From: an uncultured virus (IMG/VR IMGVR_UViG_3300031134_000641)
Taxonomy: Duplodnaviria > Heunggongvirae > Uroviricota > Caudoviricetes
Virus record (IMG/VR): IMGVR_UViG_3300031134_000641
Strand: one strand, 5' to 3'
Length of the DNA: 64,000 nt
Part shown: positions 37,820 to 47,464 of the stretch, piece after piece
How the letters are laid out: the number at the start of each line of letters is the position of its first letter
Position numbering within the stretch: position 1 is the first letter of the stretch
Program-made: the position numbers and the translations under genes
Notes under the pieces: model-generated
What the model was told of the DNA's origin: nothing
The model's database searches: none
What the model saw: the letters and a program-made list of their open reading frames with translations, nothing else

Positions 37820-40354
37820 TTGTCTGACCGTAGAACATCTTTAGAGAAGTTAAGTAAGTACTTGAGAATTTCTAAGGAGGATGTCTTGCGGATTACTGCG
37901 GCCCACAGCCTTGACCAGTCAACAAATAGCAAAGGCTTCACCGGCTGGGAATCCAAAGAAATCAAAACGTTTCTAGAGAACATGTCAGATGAAACAAAAC
38001 AGGAACTTCAGCAGGCCCGTATAAGCTACGAGCAGGCGAAAGAAGAAGAGCAGGATTTGCTTCTATCTTCAGGCAAGAACAGCCTCATTAACTTGAACCA
38101 GGCTGCTACCATCCTCAGTGTTCCTCCTGTCAAACTTGCAGGGTTCCTAAGGAAGCATAACATCTCAATGTACAACGTTGGAGATGAAATTTTCTGGCTG
38201 AAAGATGATGTTCTCAAAGTCCACACGAAGCCGTCACGCTTCCAAGTGCTAGAACTAAGGAAGCTCCGCGAGACTCGTAAGAGCAAGCATCATGTCAACA
38301 ACACTCAGCTGGCCCGCATGTTTGATGTTCCAGTTCCTCTTGTGACCGAGCTTAAGAAAAGGCTCAAGCTGACAGGTATAAACCCTCTTACTGAAGCTGC
38401 TGTCGTTGACTCTATGATGCGTAACGACTTTTCCAGCAAGAGGTTACAGGTATTGAACAACGCTGATGCAGAAGCAACAAAGAAATCTGCTCGTAGCGGC
38501 ACTCAGAATGAGAACAGCAAGTATGTCAGCAAGTTTGATTTAGCTGGAGTACTCGGTTTGTCACATGCTGACGTTGCAACAGCTGTTCGTGAAAATCTCA
38601 TCCCCACTGATAGGCAGGGCAGATTCGTACTTGAACAGGTGAACTGCCTCGACATTGACATGGTCAAGCTAAGCGTAAGCCGTCGCTCTGTTGCTAAGAA
38701 TACAGATGACAGCTTTGATGATGCTCCTGTGAGTGCCCCGGTTGACATTGATGTGAACGTTCCTGTACGAAACCAGAATGTGCTTAAAGAAGCAACATTG
38801 TACATGGGTCCAACTAACTCAGGTAAGACCTTCAATGCTTTGAACACGTTGTTTGAAGAGTATGAAGCTAACCCTGAAGGTAAATATGTTTATGCTGGCC
38901 CTCTACGTATGCTAGCTTTTGAGGTGTACGAGAAGATGGTTGCCCGTTACGGTGAAAAGCAGGTTGGGTTCATTACCGGTGAAGAGCAGATTAACCCTGA
39001 AGCTCCTCTGCTAGCTGCGACTGTTGAGATGGCACCTAACGATGGATCATCTCTTGTGCTTGATGAGGCCCACTGGATTTTTGAGCCTTCACGTGGAAGC
39101 AACTGGACTGAGCTTCTGCTGGGAGGCAACTACGAGAGAATGCATATTCTCACAGCTGCTGATGCACGTAAAGTTATTCTAGCTTTAGTCGCTGACGCTG
39201 AAGTAGTTACAGAGCGAACTTTCACACGTAAGACTCCTATTACGTTCAAGGGTGGTGTCGACTTGCGCAATGTGCCTGCAAGAAGCGCTGTGGTCGCATT
39301 CTCTCGTAAAGCGGTGTTTGGGATTGCTGAGCTTCTAACAGAAACAACTAACTTAAACGTTGGTGTGCTGTACGGCGCTCTTCCACTTGCAGCCCGTAAA
39401 TACCAGGTGGAGAAGTTCATAGCAGGTGAATATGACATTATCGTAACAACAGATGTTATTGGTCACGGAATCAACTTGCCTGTAGACAATGTTGTTTTCG
39501 CTGAGACGAACAAGTTTGATGGTGTTGAGCGTCGTGATGTTCACCTTTGGGAGGCAGCACAGATTGCTGGTCGCGCTGGTAGGTATGGACTATCAGATGA
39601 AGGTAGCGTCTACTGGTTAAATGGTTTAGAGAAATCAGATGCTATCAACGTTGACCTTGTAGCTATGGCAGCACAAGCTGCTCAGGGTGCTCGTTCAACC
39701 GCGATGTTAGCTGACTATGCAGTGCTTTCGCCTAAGTATGCTGACTTGAAGCTCACCGCATCCCACGAATTGGACCTCAAGCTGGATGCATGGCACGCTG
39801 AGGGGCTTAGAGTGCTGCCTACGCAGTTCCTTTCACCCTCCAACTCTAAAGACGTTAGAGAGCGTTACAGGGTCTTCACTAACACTCTTGGTTTGAATGG
39901 TGCTGAAGGTCAACGTGAGGCTAAGCTCATCAAAAATGTGACCACATTACAGGGAAGACGAGTTGACTTTGACTCTCACACTTGGAAGGTCACTCCAGAT
40001 GTTCTCTGGCAGGTTGTTGATGGGCCTTTTGACGTTAAATTGGAAACGCTTAAGGTGCTAGCCCGATGGCTGCATGAGGATAAGATGACTAATGAGGTTG
40101 AACGCCTGTTTAGCCTAGAAGTTGATGGCATGGAAAGCCTTTATGAGAGCATGGAAGAGCTTGAAACAGCTGCTCGCCTTATCTCAGAGCTAAAGATGGT
40201 GAACGTAATGTTCCCCAATGAGACCTTTGTTTTAGATGAAGAGCTTGCTGCTGCCGAAAAAGCTATCAGTGACGAGTTGATTGTCATACTTTCTGGAGGC
40301 GCTGTTGAAGCTGATGAGACAGCTTCAGAGGAAGAGTTAGTCGCAGCGAACTAG
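37820..40354 (+). CDS. SUV3-like SF2 helicase with N-terminal HTH-like repeats
   Basis: GPTNSGKT, GPLRMLA, DEAH, GHGINL, QIAGRAGRYG. Confidence 0.88.
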   Translation: MSDRRTSLEKLSKYLRISKEDVLRITAAHSLDQSTNSKGFTGWESKEIKTFLENMSDETKQELQQARISYEQAKEEEQDLLLSSGKNSLINLNQAATILSVPPVKLAGFLRKHNISMYNVGDEIFWLKDDVLKVHTKPSRFQVLELRKLRETRKSKHHVNNTQLARMFDVPVPLVTELKKRLKLTGINPLTEAAVVDSMMRNDFSSKRLQVLNNADAEATKKSARSGTQNENSKYVSKFDLAGVLGLSHADVATAVRENLIPTDRQGRFVLEQVNCLDIDMVKLSVSRRSVAKNTDDSFDDAPVSAPVDIDVNVPVRNQNVLKEATLYMGPTNSGKTFNALNTLFEEYEANPEGKYVYAGPLRMLAFEVYEKMVARYGEKQVGFITGEEQINPEAPLLAATVEMAPNDGSSLVLDEAHWIFEPSRGSNWTELLLGGNYERMHILTAADARKVILALVADAEVVTERTFTRKTPITFKGGVDLRNVPARSAVVAFSRKAVFGIAELLTETTNLNVGVLYGALPLAARKYQVEKFIAGEYDIIVTTDVIGHGINLPVDNVVFAETNKFDGVERRDVHLWEAAQIAGRAGRYGLSDEGSVYWLNGLEKSDAINVDLVAMAAQAAQGARSTAMLADYAVLSPKYADLKLTASHELDLKLDAWHAEGLRVLPTQFLSPSNSKDVRERYRVFTNTLGLNGAEGQREAKLIKNVTTLQGRRVDFDSHTWKVTPDVLWQVVDGPFDVKLETLKVLARWLHEDKMTNEVERLFSLEVDGMESLYESMEELETAARLISELKMVNVMFPNETFVLDEELAAAEKAISDELIVILSGGAVEADETASEEELVAAN

Positions 40355-40390
40355 TAGTTGGTCTAGGTTGATGTTCCGCCGATAGTTTTC

Positions 40391-41239
40391 GTGATCCTTA
40401 TGCGCCAAAAATTATCTCAGAACCCAAAAAAACAACCTAGACCAACTTACACTTCCTTTCTTGATTCATCTGAATCTTTATTAGAGGAGCCAAAGGAAAA
40501 CGCATCTCAGGTTAACTCTGCTGCTTTAGCGAACCCTGCGGCAAACAAGCGTCCTTTTGTCGTGTTTGCCTCCACAGTTGGACTAGCGTTAGCCTGTGTC
40601 TTCATAGTTAACCCCATCTTTGCAGAAAGCTCTTCATCTGAAACTGGGGTAAATAGTGTAGAAGCTACTCAGACATATGTTGCTCCTGCGACTGCTGCTG
40701 GTACATCAAGCGAACGTGATGGGTATACTACTACTGTGTTGCCCTCAAATACGTTCACAAGTTTAGCTGGTGAAGAAGTCACATACATTATGGATCCGGC
40801 AAATGTTGTTCAATGGCCTTTTACTGAACACTTCCCGATTAGCTCCGATTTTGGCCCTAGGGAATCTGTGTGTGGCCCTCAAGGATGTTCAAGCTCTTAC
40901 CACGAGGGAGTAGATTTTGGTGCTCCCTCTGAAACACCTATTCAAGCTGTAGCTGATGGTGTGGTTTTGGAGTCTATTGATACTCCAGGTGGTCTAGGTT
41001 CATACGTAAAAATTGAACATACGATTGATGGAGAAAAAGTAATAACTGCTTATGGTCACATGGTGAAAGGCTCACAAGCAGTCAAAAAAGGCGACACTGT
41101 CAAAAGAGGTCAGGTTGTCGGTCTTGTAGGTAACACTGGTACTTCCTTTGGAAGCCATCTCCACTTTGGTGTTGAAGTCAAAGGCGAGCTAATTGATGGT
41201 TTTGAATGGCTTAAGCTTCACACTGAAGGAGACAATTAA
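40391..41239 (+). CDS. M23 metallopeptidase, membrane anchored
   Basis: HEGVD, YGHM, GNTGTS.GSHLHF; TM segment; GCCGATAG at 40378-40385; start may be 40400. Confidence 0.92.
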   Translation: MILMRQKLSQNPKKQPRPTYTSFLDSSESLLEEPKENASQVNSAALANPAANKRPFVVFASTVGLALACVFIVNPIFAESSSSETGVNSVEATQTYVAPATAAGTSSERDGYTTTVLPSNTFTSLAGEEVTYIMDPANVVQWPFTEHFPISSDFGPRESVCGPQGCSSSYHEGVDFGAPSETPIQAVADGVVLESIDTPGGLGSYVKIEHTIDGEKVITAYGHMVKGSQAVKKGDTVKRGQVVGLVGNTGTSFGSHLHFGVEVKGELIDGFEWLKLHTEGDN

Positions 41240-41283
41240 ACAAAATTTGGCCTAGTTTGAAAAAACTAGGCCAAATTTTGTTT
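41238..41283 (+). terminator. Hairpin terminator
   Basis: AAACAAAATTTGGCCTAGTTT..AAACTAGGCCAAATTTTGTTT. Confidence 0.75.
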
Positions 41284-41298
41284 TGTTAGCTAATAACG

Positions 41299-41336
41299 TG
41301 CTATACTAATACTCATATTGAGCATTAAACCGATAG
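41299..41336 (+). promoter_or_regulatory. nadE promoter: extended -10, CT-N7-AG palindrome, CCGATAG box
   Basis: TGC-TATACT 41299-41307; AATACTCATATTGAGCATT 41308-41326; CCGATAG 41330-41336. Confidence 0.75.
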
Positions 41337-41368
41337 TAAATAAAGAAGCCTAAGACAAAGGAAAGAAA

Positions 41369-42190
41369 ATGCCAACAGAACTACAGACACAGATCATTGA
41401 GGCACTAGCTGTTAAGCCTAGCATTGACGTTAAACAGGAGATTCGTACTCGTGTTAACTTCCTCAAGGACATGAACCGTAATGCCCACACGAAAGGCTTC
41501 GTCCTTGGAATTAGCGGTGGTCAGGACTCTACCCTAGCGGGTAAGCTAGCTCAGCTAGCTGTTGAAGAGCTTCGCGCTGAAGGCGTGGATGCAACCTTCA
41601 CAGCTGTCCGTCTACCTTATGGAGTCCAGAAAGATGAGGATGACGCTCAGCTTGCACTAGAGTTCATTGCGCCCGACACTTCAACAGTGTTCAACATCAA
41701 AGCTCCTGTGGATGCTTTCCAGGACGAGTACGACAACATGGGTCTTCAGCTTACTGACTACCACAAGGGAAACATCAAAGCACGAGCACGAATGGTAGCT
41801 CAGTATGCTATCGCAGGGCAGAACCAGCTGCTTGTCATTGGAACAGACCACGCCGCAGAGGCAGTGTCAGGTTTCTTCACTAAGCATGGTGACGGTGCGG
41901 CTGATATTCTCCCTCTCTCAGGTCTGAGCAAGCGTCAGGGTAAAGCTCTACTAGCCGAGCTTAACGCTCCCGCTCGCCTGTATGAGAAAGTTCCTACAGC
42001 TGACCTGCTAGACAATGTATCAGGTCAGCCTGATGAGACCGAACTAGGTATCACCTACACAGAGCTAGATGACTACCTAGAAGGTAAAGAAGTCACCGAA
42101 GCAGCTGCCAAGCTCATTGAGGACCGTTACACTCTCACAGAGCACAAGCGTCAGTCACCTATTGCTCCGGCAGATACGTGGTGGAAGTAA
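41369..42190 (+). CDS. nadE: NH3-dependent NAD+ synthetase
   Basis: [40 protein letters not shown]. Confidence 0.96.
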   Translation: MPTELQTQIIEALAVKPSIDVKQEIRTRVNFLKDMNRNAHTKGFVLGISGGQDSTLAGKLAQLAVEELRAEGVDATFTAVRLPYGVQKDEDDAQLALEFIAPDTSTVFNIKAPVDAFQDEYDNMGLQLTDYHKGNIKARARMVAQYAIAGQNQLLVIGTDHAAEAVSGFFTKHGDGAADILPLSGLSKRQGKALLAELNAPARLYEKVPTADLLDNVSGQPDETELGITYTELDDYLEGKEVTEAAAKLIEDRYTLTEHKRQSPIAPADTWWK

Positions 42191-42206
42191 CGTTATAAGC
42201 TGACCT

Positions 42207-42279
42207 AGTCAATGGCGTGTTGCACATTTTACAGAGTGTGCAACACGCCATTGACTTTTCCATTCAAGTTTGCTATACT
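42207..42279 (+). promoter_or_regulatory. Terminator hairpin overlapping the promoter of the next gene
   Basis: IR 42207-42256; TTGACT-N17-TATACT at 42251-42279. Confidence 0.7.
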
Positions 42280-42318
42280 AGGTAGATTGACCATTTTTAC
42301 CAAGTTTGGAGGCGCAGC

Positions 42319-43545
42319 ATGAAAGACGCTTATCTGAACGCTTTTGACGCCAACTACCCATATGATGACTACGACACGGTAGTAGCAGGCGTGTGGTTCA
42401 ACGAAAGAAAATCTGTCTCAGATGTTTCTTCCGGTATTTTTGTGGCACCTTTTGACCACATCCAGAAAACCATTAAAGCAAACCCAGGAGTTAAAGAATT
42501 CTCTGTGGTTGTCGGAACCGGAGCTATGGCTCCCCTGCACCGTGGGCACGTAGCCATGCTTGAAGCAGCTAAGAAACGTATTGAAGCTGAAGGAGAGGTC
42601 GTAGCTGGAGGCTACATCCACCCTGATAACGACGCTTATGTTGCCACTAAGCTACAGAGTGAGTCTTACAACGCTCTTCGTCGCGTTTCAGAGGCTTCAG
42701 CCTTGCTTGGTGATAACTCATGGATTCGTGTTGACACGTGGGCTTCTCTGTGGCTTACTTCTGCGGTCAACTTTACAACTATCCTCTCTCATACCAAAAA
42801 CTATCTTGCGAGCATCTTCCCGGATGTGTCCTTCAAGGTATACCATGTGTTCGGTGGTGACAACTTCTTCTTCTCAGCTGCCTTCTATGGTTACGGAAAC
42901 GCAGTCTGTGTTCGCAGAGGAGAGGACTTAAGGTGGCTTGACCATGTGAGTTGGTTCAACCGCGATAGGGTGTTGGTGGTAAACAAGGACGTATCAAGTC
43001 TTTCATCTACCATGATTCGTGACTTTGAAGCTGACAGCCACATGGAATATCTTGAGCCGGAAGGGCTTTTCGTTTTAAAGAACGATATTGCTGACAGCTT
43101 GGATGAGGACACCACTTTCCTCAGCATCAGCTTGGAAGCTGTAGTGCGTTCCAACATTTCTGACACTGTGATGTTTGAAACTATGGTATCAAATGATTCT
43201 CTGCATCTCGATGAATCAGTTTCGGTCATTTCAGCTAAAGATTTTGTCGTTGGCGCTAGTAATGCTGGTTTTGATTTTACTTTACCTAATGATGTTACAG
43301 TAAAAGCACCTATGCTTTTCCCTTATAGCAACCTTGACTCATCTGGTTTCCCTGTAGAGAATGTTATCTCTATGAGTCAAAGGCTGTGGATGCTTAACTA
43401 CAGCTTCTACTCCGCTAATGGCTTGACTGTTGGTGAACTCCCAGAAGAAAGTCGGGACTTGTGGATATTCCTTGGTTTCACTCCCGACCAGATGGTAGCT
43501 GAAGTGTGCCTCTGGCATGCTGATAAGTTAGCTAGTTTGCTATAA
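42319..43545 (+). CDS. nadD: NMN/NaMN adenylyltransferase-like (HxGH) protein with C-terminal extension
   Basis: GAMAPLHRGH, YVATK, GGD, SLSSTMIR; lies between nadE and pncB. Confidence 0.75.
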   Translation: MKDAYLNAFDANYPYDDYDTVVAGVWFNERKSVSDVSSGIFVAPFDHIQKTIKANPGVKEFSVVVGTGAMAPLHRGHVAMLEAAKKRIEAEGEVVAGGYIHPDNDAYVATKLQSESYNALRRVSEASALLGDNSWIRVDTWASLWLTSAVNFTTILSHTKNYLASIFPDVSFKVYHVFGGDNFFFSAAFYGYGNAVCVRRGEDLRWLDHVSWFNRDRVLVVNKDVSSLSSTMIRDFEADSHMEYLEPEGLFVLKNDIADSLDEDTTFLSISLEAVVRSNISDTVMFETMVSNDSLHLDESVSVISAKDFVVGASNAGFDFTLPNDVTVKAPMLFPYSNLDSSGFPVENVISMSQRLWMLNYSFYSANGLTVGELPEESRDLWIFLGFTPDQMVAEVCLWHADKLASLL

Positions 43546-43619
43546 ATAGATGCCAGTTTTAGTAGCTCGCAGGGTTCTGACATTGAAACCTAAACTTGAA
43601 TGACTTTTTGCTAAAAGTG

Positions 43620-43654
43620 TGCTATAATACTCATAGTGAGTATTTAACCGATAG
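43620..43654 (+). promoter_or_regulatory. pncB promoter: extended -10, palindrome with perfect 8-bp arms, CCGATAG box
   Basis: TGC-TATAAT 43620-43628; AATACTCA-TAG-TGAGTATT 43626-43644; CCGATAG 43648-43654. Confidence 0.8.
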
Positions 43655-43685
43655 TAATAGAGAAATCAAGAGAAGAGAAAATCAA

Positions 43686-44972
43686 ATGAAAACTCGTAGC
43701 ACACAGAACTACACCCCTCTTAAGACCGACAAGTATGAGTTCACAATGCTTGAGGCCGCTCTAGAGTCCGGCGTGGCTCATAAGAAGGCTGTCTTTGAAC
43801 TGTTCACCCGCAAGCTCCCTGAGACACGCAAGTACGGTGTCGTAGCTGGAACTGCCCGTGCAATTGAGGCCATCAGCAAGTTCACCTTCAATGAGGAGAC
43901 TTTAGACTACCTCAGTGACTTCCTTAAGCCTTCCACCCTTGACTACCTCAAGGACTTCCGATTCACCGGAAATGTAGTAGGATACCGCGAGGGTGACCTC
44001 TTCTTCCCTCAGTCTCCTATCATCAGCATTGAGACAACATTCGGTGAGGGTGTCCTTCTTGAGACAATTCTTCTTTCTATCTTCAACTACGACAGTGCCG
44101 TGGCCGGTGCAGCCTCGCACATCACAGCTATCGCCGGTGGCAAGCAGGTCAGTGAGCTTGGTTCACGACGTACCTCAGAGGACTCAGCTGTATACGCTGC
44201 CCGTGCAGCTTACATCGCAGGATTCTCAGGCACCTCAAACCTGGAAGCCGGTATTCGCTGGCCTGAGATTCCAATCTACGGCACTAGCGCCCACGCCTTC
44301 ACCCTGGCTCACCCTACCGAGCTTGAGGCCTTCACAGCGCAGGTGAAGGCCCTAGGAACAGGTACTACGCTTCTCGTGGACACCTACGATATCCCTGAGG
44401 GCATTGCTAACGCCGTTGAGGCAGCTGGCACCAAGCTCGGAGCAATCCGAATTGACTCAGGTGACCCTTTCGTTGAGGTCCCTCGTGCACGCAAGCAGCT
44501 AGATGAGCTTGGTGCAGTGAACACGAAGATTGTTCTCTCAGGAGACATGAACCGTGAGACCATCACCAACATTGTCGCAGCTGACCTTGCTGTTGATTCA
44601 TTCGGTGTGGGAACAGACGTTGTTACAGGTGGAGGCTACCCTTCATGCAGCTTCGTCTACAAACTTGTTGCCATTCAGATGAACGATGACAAGCACCTCA
44701 CACCTGTAGCCAAAAAAGCAAGTGGTAAGGCTTCATATGGTGGACGTAAGACCGCTTACCGTGAGTACGACGAGAACTGGAAAGTTGTGGCAGAGCATAT
44801 TCTCACCGATGACGCTCAGGTTAACACTTCCAACTTCACAGCACTACAGGAGCCTTACATCGTCAACGGTAACATTGTCAAAATCTCTACCGTGACAGAG
44901 GCTCGTGCTCTTCACGCAGAGAACATGGACAGCATTCCCACCAACGACGTTCAGGTAAAAATGAACGAGTAA
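43686..44972 (+). CDS. pncB: Nicotinate phosphoribosyltransferase
   Basis: TDKYEFTM, ELGSRR, GTSAH, LVDTYD, IRIDSGD, FGVGT, YKLV; start moved to ATG 43686. Confidence 0.93.
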   Translation: MKTRSTQNYTPLKTDKYEFTMLEAALESGVAHKKAVFELFTRKLPETRKYGVVAGTARAIEAISKFTFNEETLDYLSDFLKPSTLDYLKDFRFTGNVVGYREGDLFFPQSPIISIETTFGEGVLLETILLSIFNYDSAVAGAASHITAIAGGKQVSELGSRRTSEDSAVYAARAAYIAGFSGTSNLEAGIRWPEIPIYGTSAHAFTLAHPTELEAFTAQVKALGTGTTLLVDTYDIPEGIANAVEAAGTKLGAIRIDSGDPFVEVPRARKQLDELGAVNTKIVLSGDMNRETITNIVAADLAVDSFGVGTDVVTGGGYPSCSFVYKLVAIQMNDDKHLTPVAKKASGKASYGGRKTAYREYDENWKVVAEHILTDDAQVNTSNFTALQEPYIVNGNIVKISTVTEARALHAENMDSIPTNDVQVKMNE

Positions 44973-45056
44973 CATTTGGAAAGTCCCACAGTAAATGTTC
45001 GTTTTTGACGATATCTACTGTGGGACTTTTTAATTGTATGATAAGATGGAAACCAA

Positions 45057-45872
45057 ATGACAGACCTAAACTCTCTAACCCCTGAAGAAAAAGAAGCTAT
45101 CAATAGGCTACGAAACTTCAAAAACGCTTCCTACCGTTACGCTCAGACTGAAGAACACCGTGTCAAGAATTTTGTTGACCCGGAAGAATATGACAAGAGA
45201 CTAAAGAACTCTCTTCGCCGTGATGAAGTCTTAGTTAAAGAGGACAAAGCACGTCGTGTAGAGAAGGCGACACTTGAGTGGAAGAATAAGGTAGGTAAGA
45301 CTTTCTCTGAAGCTACCACTGACAACCCTCTCATCCATGACCGAGTAAACCGACTGGCAACAAATCAGGGTAAACACAAAACATCAATGATCCTCCATGG
45401 TGATCTTGGTGTAGGTAAAACCTGGACAGCCCATGCGTTCATTAACTTAGCTATTGAAGCTGGAGCAGTTACACCAGGACAGATTGCTATGGGAGATGAG
45501 ACAAGCCTTCTAGGTAAGATCGCTCCCTCTGGTTACGACCGACCAGCATTGTTAGAGGACTTGCTTAACCCTAAGTACAAGATTTACTTTATTGATGAGG
45601 TAGGCCGAGGATACTTTTCTAACGACCTGAGCCGTACTAATCTTTGGACAGCACTTGTTGACCACGTGTACACCCACCAGCTTAGCCTTGTTATGACAAC
45701 TAACAAGCATCTTACGGACAACTCCTTGGGAGCTTGGATGGGCGCAGCAGCATTTGACCGTCTTAAAGCTCTTGTAGGTAAAGATGGAGCTATCATTCCT
45801 GGCCGCGTTAACCGTCGTGGTGCTGTTCTTGAGAAAGAAGAAGAGAAGCACCGCAGTAGGAAAACACGCTAA
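45057..45872 (+). CDS. DnaC/IstB-like AAA+ ATPase
   Basis: GDLGVGKT Walker A, FIDEVG Walker B, MTTN, FDRL. Confidence 0.8.
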   Translation: MTDLNSLTPEEKEAINRLRNFKNASYRYAQTEEHRVKNFVDPEEYDKRLKNSLRRDEVLVKEDKARRVEKATLEWKNKVGKTFSEATTDNPLIHDRVNRLATNQGKHKTSMILHGDLGVGKTWTAHAFINLAIEAGAVTPGQIAMGDETSLLGKIAPSGYDRPALLEDLLNPKYKIYFIDEVGRGYFSNDLSRTNLWTALVDHVYTHQLSLVMTTNKHLTDNSLGAWMGAAAFDRLKALVGKDGAIIPGRVNRRGAVLEKEEEKHRSRKTR

Positions 45873-45902
45873 CAAAGCTGTAATGCCGATATTTTAAGGG
45901 TC

Positions 45903-46364
45903 ATGTTAAACTTCTTAAGAAATCGCAAATACGATGAGTCAGGTTTCACGCTTGTTGAAATAACTGTAACCATTCTCATCATCGGCATCCTCGCTGCCAT
46001 ATCCGTGCCAGTGTACCTGAATCACCAGAACACTGCTCGCATCACCACGCTTAAAAGCGATATAACAGCAAGCGCTGGTAGCTTGTCTACTTACCTTAGC
46101 TCAAACTCTGTGTCCACCCTCACTAGCTCCTCTGGAGAGTTCCTGAAAATTAAGGTGGAATCTGAAGGTAACACAATTAGGTTAGGTAGAACTGGTTCTG
46201 TAGCTGCACTAACAAACAAAAACGACGCTTGTATTGAAGGGTCACGTGTTGTCAAAGGGGTAACCAAAAACTTTGCTTACTCCTTGAAAAGTCGTCAGCT
46301 GGTTGAAGACAAACTTTGTTCCACGCTACCTAACCCAACTCTTCCTCAGGAGAACGTAGGATAA
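45903..46364 (+). CDS. Type IV pilin-like protein
   Basis: G|FTLVE prepilin cleavage site, IIGILAAISVP; GCCGATA at 45885-45891. Confidence 0.9.
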   Translation: MLNFLRNRKYDESGFTLVEITVTILIIGILAAISVPVYLNHQNTARITTLKSDITASAGSLSTYLSSNSVSTLTSSSGEFLKIKVESEGNTIRLGRTGSVAALTNKNDACIEGSRVVKGVTKNFAYSLKSRQLVEDKLCSTLPNPTLPQENVG

Positions 46365-46370
46365 GTCCGT

Positions 46371-46418
46371 AAAATAAGTTAGGCCCCATACTTCATTGTA
46401 TGGGGCCTAACTTATTTT
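46371..46418. terminator. Bidirectional hairpin
   Basis: 21-bp perfect arms between convergent genes. Confidence 0.8.
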
Positions 46419-46422
46419 GTCT

Positions 46423-46710
46423 TTACTGTCCAGGTACAACCTGAGATTTCATTACCTCTAGGATGTGAAGGTTATTTAATAGCGTTACAGCAAAAACAAT
46501 GCTTAAGATTGACACGGAGAACAAAAGCATGCTACTGACAATAAGTAGCCCTTTGTTTACGTTGTTAAGGATGGTGTATAGTTTACCTTTTCGTTCCACA
46601 ATAATTTCGTGTGTACGAAGAGTGATGATTGTATCAGCGTGAGGAAGAGTCGTTCCAGGAGCAACATCCACGTGCCATTCAGCTGCTTTATCCTCATTGG
46701 TTGAATTCAT
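46423..46710 (-). CDS. Small membrane protein
   Basis: 95 aa, one TM segment. Confidence 0.65.
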   Translation of the reverse strand: MNSTNEDKAAEWHVDVAPGTTLPHADTIITLRTHEIIVERKGKLYTILNNVNKGLLIVSSMLLFSVSILSIVFAVTLLNNLHILEVMKSQVVPGQ

Positions 46711-46761
46711 TGTAATTATTATCCCTTGTGATTAACTATTCTATTTCTAACAATCGGTTGT

Positions 46762-46806
46762 AGAAACACATAAACCCCTGAACAATTCAGGGGTTTATGT
46801 GTTTCT
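46762..46806 (-). terminator. Hairpin terminator
   Basis: AGAAACACATAAACCCCTGAA-CAA-TTCAGGGGTTTATGTGTTTCT. Confidence 0.75.
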
Positions 46807-46849
46807 GTAGCTAAATAATACTCTTTGTTATAACAATAGGGAGCTACTA

Positions 46850-47440
46850 TTAAGATTTGTCAATTGACCTGGCTTCTTTAAGAAGCTTGTGGATGTTGAA
46901 AGAAGGTCGCTCAGGGGCTGCTTCAGGATTATATGAAGTACTGTCAGCAGCGGGAGCCTCTGTCTCAACAGTTTCTTCAACGGTTTCTTCGACAACTACA
47001 TCTTCGGTAGACTCTTCAACCTCAGGTGTGATAACGCCGTCTTCTACTGTAGCAACTTCTTCAAGCCTTACAGTTTCGGAAGCTGGTCGTTCGTCAACTT
47101 CGTCATAGTCGTAGTCCAAGGCAGGCTCTTCAACAGTGGCTTCCTGGTCGGCTGTGCTTTCGTTGTAGTCCTCAACTTGAACATCTTCGGCTTCCACATC
47201 AAAAGCTGCTGCGCCCTCAGGGGTGGAGAGGTCTTCATCCACTGCGGAGTGGGTAAAGTCTGTTCGTCCGGTTTCAATCCACTCTTCAGTTGAGTTAAGT
47301 AGATCTCCAAAACTTTTACTGGAGTCGTTCTGTGCCAGCTGGTAAATGAAGTGAAGAACGTCTGTCTGCTTTTTCTGCACGACGCCGTTTAGCTCCGTGT
47401 CGCTAATAATGAACATTTTTGTCATTTGTATTTGATCCAA
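46850..47440 (-). CDS. Highly acidic hypothetical protein
   Basis: E/D/V/T-rich; GCCGATAG on minus strand at 47456-47463. Confidence 0.7.
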   Translation of the reverse strand: MDQIQMTKMFIISDTELNGVVQKKQTDVLHFIYQLAQNDSSKSFGDLLNSTEEWIETGRTDFTHSAVDEDLSTPEGAAAFDVEAEDVQVEDYNESTADQEATVEEPALDYDYDEVDERPASETVRLEEVATVEDGVITPEVEESTEDVVVEETVEETVETEAPAADSTSYNPEAAPERPSFNIHKLLKEARSIDKS

Positions 47441-47464
47441 TCCCTATCCCTAAAACTATCGGCA

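Noticed and set aside
43686..44972. NadV/Nampt (NARP2)
   Set aside because: Motifs (TDxYExTM, GSRR, GTxAH, DTYD) fit PncB, and adjacent NadE implies the deamidated route
45057..45872. IS21 element (istB)
   Set aside because: No adjacent IstA transposase or terminal inverted repeats
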